The position numbers were made by a program, and so were the translations under genes. From assembly GCA_963712465.1 (NCBI GenBank), contig CAVQHY010000007.1, forward strand, positions 81,379-145,378: DNA of 64,000 nucleotides. The letters are read 5' to 3'. Positions within the stretch are counted from its first letter, which is position 1; every line of letters starts with the position of its first letter. Source of the DNA: an uncultured Actinomycetes bacterium. Its GTDB lineage: Bacteria > Actinomycetota > Thermoleophilia > Gaiellales > Gaiellaceae. Of this stretch, positions 61,830 through 64,000 are shown piece by piece. The notes beneath the pieces are model-generated. The model was not told the origin of the DNA and searched no databases. It worked only from the letters and a program-made list of their open reading frames with translations.

Positions 61830-62845
61830 GCGAGCGGAGCGCGCTCGAACGTCCGCGCGCGAAGCTCTTCGAGCGCGCTCGCACGGCCCAGCTCCCGTGA
61901 CGCGGCGACGAAGGCCGACGTGAAGAGCACCCGATGGCCGACGACGGGGACGAAGAGCGTCTCGACGTCGGCCGGCTCGACGTGGTCGCGCCCCGCGCAG
62001 AGCGCCCACGCGCGCGAGGTTCGCTCGAGCGCGAGGCTGCCGCGCACCGACGCCCCGAGCTCGACGATCGGCAGCTCGCGCGTCGCGCGAACGAGGTTCA
62101 CGACCCAGCGCTGGATCAGCGGGTCGACGTAGACCCCCTCGACCGCCCGCTGGAGCCCCGCGACGTCGTCGAGGGAGACGCAGGACACGAGCTCTGCGAG
62201 TGGATGGCCGTGGCGCTGATCGAGCACGATGCGCAGCTCGTCGTCGTCGCCGGGGTAGCCGAGCGATGTGCGAAGCAGGAAGCGATCGAGCTGCGCCTCG
62301 GGCAGGAAGAACGTGCCCTCGTGCTCGATCGGGTTCTCGGTCGCGAGCAAAAGGAACGGGTCGGGGAGCGGCCGCGTGACGCCGTCGACGGTGACCTGCC
62401 CCTCGGCCATCGCCTCGAGCAGCGCCGACTGGGTCTTCTGCGTCGCCCGGTTGATCTCGTCGACGAGAACGACGTTCGCGAAGATCGGGCCCGCCCGGAA
62501 ATCGAAGTCGCGCGTTCGCTGGTCGTAGACGGAGAGACCCGTGACGTCCGACGGCTGGAGGTCCGGCGTGCACTGGATCCGCGAGGCTTCGGCGCCGGCG
62601 ATCGAGCCTGCGATCGCCCTGGCGAGCACGGTCTTGGCGGTGCCGGGCACATCGTCGAACAGCACGTGGCCCCCGCTCGCCAGCGCACACACGACAAGCC
62701 GGATCTCTTCTCGCTTCCCGCGGACGACCGTCTCGAGGTTCGAGACGAGCGCCTCCGCCGCCGCGACCGCGTGGGCGAACGCGCCCGCGCCGCCGGGCAC
62801 TGCGACGAGCGGTCGCGCAACCCGGTTCGGCTCCTGCTCGGCCAT
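61826..62845 (-). CDS. MoxR-family AAA+ ATPase.
   Basis: GHVLFDDVPGTAKTVLARAIA (Walker A)...VVLVDEINRATQKTQSALLEAMAE (Walker B and sensor)...ATENPIEHEGTFFLPEAQLDRF. Confidence 0.92.
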   Translation of the reverse strand: MAEQEPNRVARPLVAVPGGAGAFAHAVAAAEALVSNLETVVRGKREEIRLVVCALASGGHVLFDDVPGTAKTVLARAIAGSIAGAEASRIQCTPDLQPSDVTGLSVYDQRTRDFDFRAGPIFANVVLVDEINRATQKTQSALLEAMAEGQVTVDGVTRPLPDPFLLLATENPIEHEGTFFLPEAQLDRFLLRTSLGYPGDDDELRIVLDQRHGHPLAELVSCVSLDDVAGLQRAVEGVYVDPLIQRWVVNLVRATRELPIVELGASVRGSLALERTSRAWALCAGRDHVEPADVETLFVPVVGHRVLFTSAFVAASRELGRASALEELRARTFERAPLA

Positions 62846-62916
62846 GCGCTTCTCCCTCTACGGCGTGCGTGCGGAGGTGGATTCCGCATTAAAGCGCCCG
62901 GGCAACGCCTCCGCGG

Positions 62917-64000
62917 TCACGCGGGGCGAGCCTGCGCCCGCGCGCGCCCGAGCCCAGTAGCGACGAGCGCCCCGGCGGCGGCCAGCACCGCCGTGGTCAG
63001 CCAGAGCGCGTTCCACCCCGCGTGCGCCGCAAGTGCACCCATAACGGGCGTTGAGGCGGCTGAGAGCACGAAGACCAGCGTCGCCGCGACCGCGACGGAC
63101 TGCGCCGCGAGCTCGGGTGGAGTCCACTCCCCGGCACTGACGTAGACGAGGGCGTTCCAGCCGAGCGCGCCGAACGCGAACACGATCACGGCGGCGATCG
63201 CGGCGGCGGGGCCGAGGTGGAGCGCGAGCGCGAACACCAGGCCGCCCGACGCCGCCACCCAGCCCGTGCAGACGAGCATCTGCACCCGCCGGGTCCCGCC
63301 GTCACGGTCGGCGAGCCGTCCCCACACGATCCGCGCGACGCCCGCCGTCACGTTGAGGACGAAGAACGCGGCGCCGGCCGCGAAGGTCGACAGACCCGCG
63401 TCGCGAGCAGCGGGGACGGTGAAGCTCAGTAGCGCCTGCAGGACGACGATGTAGAACGCCGCCACGACGAGGAGGCGCTGGAACCCGGGCGCGCTCCAGA
63501 TGCGCCTGAGTCCCATGGGCGGCCGCTCGTGCGCGGCCGGCACGCCTCCCGCGACCGTCGCGAACAGGATCCCGGCGATCGCGACCGGGACCGCGCAGGC
63601 TCCAATCGCAAGCCGGGCGCCTCCGACAGCGTCGAGCACCGGCAGCAGCACCGCTCCGATTACGCCGCCGAGGGGAACCGCCATCTGCCGGACGCCGAGC
63701 GCGAAGCCGCGCCGATCGGTCGGATAGACGCGGAAGAGCGACCCGATGCCCGCGATCGGGATCGCCGCCATCCCGATACCCGAGAGCACCAGGAGGGCGA
63801 TCAGCACCCCCGCCGAGGGCGCGAACGCCGCCGCTGCGAGCGAGCAGGCGCCGATCGCCGAGCCCGCGAGCGTCGCTCGGCGGCCGCCGTTGCGGTCGAC
63901 GACGATCCCTGCTGCGTAGAGGGCAATGCCGGAGCCAAAGAGGCTCGCTGTCAAAACGGCGCCGAGCTCGGCGAGACTGAGGCCGAACTCCGCGCGCAGC
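62917..64000 (-). CDS. MFS transporter (3' part; the gene continues past the window end).
   Basis: Multiple TM segments. The reading frame stays open upstream of the track start (..LRAEFGLSLAELGAVLTASLFGSGIALY), so the true start lies beyond 64000. Confidence 0.75.
   Translation of the reverse strand, partial: LRAEFGLSLAELGAVLTASLFGSGIALYAAGIVVDRNGGRRATLAGSAIGACSLAAAAFAPSAGVLIALLVLSGIGMAAIPIAGIGSLFRVYPTDRRGFALGVRQMAVPLGGVIGAVLLPVLDAVGGARLAIGACAVPVAIAGILFATVAGGVPAAHERPPMGLRRIWSAPGFQRLLVVAAFYIVVLQALLSFTVPAARDAGLSTFAAGAAFFVLNVTAGVARIVWGRLADRDGGTRRVQMLVCTGWVAASGGLVFALALHLGPAAAIAAVIVFAFGALGWNALVYVSAGEWTPPELAAQSVAVAATLVFVLSAASTPVMGALAAHAGWNALWLTTAVLAAAGALVATGLGRARAQARPA

Noticed and set aside
1-64000. 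CRISPR arrays, tRNA/rRNA genes, transposases, integrases, prophage or toxin-antitoxin modules.
   Set aside because: None seen. There are no direct-repeat/spacer arrays. Non-coding gaps are short and lack tRNA-like cloverleaf sequence. No ORF shows DDE, tyrosine-recombinase or serine-recombinase motifs.

Overview
This 64-kb window is gene-dense and very GC-rich (roughly 70% by eye). It looks like an actinobacterial-type chromosome; any finer taxon would be a guess. I support about 60 CDS, and many are translationally coupled by 4-nt GTGA/ATGA start/stop overlaps. I found no rRNA, tRNA, CRISPR array, transposase, integrase or phage gene, so this reads as core metabolic and regulatory DNA rather than a mobile island.

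Content, in order:
- a giant signalling protein with two cyclase domains, a STAND ATPase and a TPR-like region
- coenzyme F420 biosynthesis split into two modules (cofC, FGD-like gene, cofE; and cofD, an unknown gene, fbiC), plus further F420-dependent enzymes of LLM and PPOX type
- a DosR/DosS-like two-component operon with USPs, a formate/nitrite transporter and a flavodoxin
- a divergent two-operon locus: an Fe(III)/polyamine-type ABC importer, a PLP decarboxylase, an F420-type PPOX, an FAD reductase, two PaaK/F390-synthetase-like ligases and a methyltransferase
- a hydantoinase/dihydropyrimidinase plus ABC importer cluster
- leuCD and a leuB-like gene
- an ATP-dependent N-methylhydantoinase (hyuAB) plus carbamoylsarcosine-amidase-like cluster with a CoA-transferase, an HMG-CoA-lyase-like gene and a GntR regulator
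- a MoxR/DUF58/vWA (Bat-like) operon

Observations most worth a second look:
1. A family of about 30-bp GTCCCGGGGAC-type palindromic repeats. One copy sits in frame in the fbiC interdomain linker.
2. A 164-bp element with perfect 17-bp terminal inverted repeats that fills the gap between two ABC permease genes and contains the downstream Shine-Dalgarno sequence.
3. An uncharacterised coiled-coil gene translationally coupled between cofD and fbiC.
4. The uncharacterised ligase/methyltransferase/ABC/decarboxylase locus.
5. C1/C2-like complementary tandem cyclase domains.
6. An apparent frameshift in the FGD-like gene.
7. Two conserved genes whose only plausible start codon is CTG.

All functional calls rest on motif recognition by eye. 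No database search was possible.
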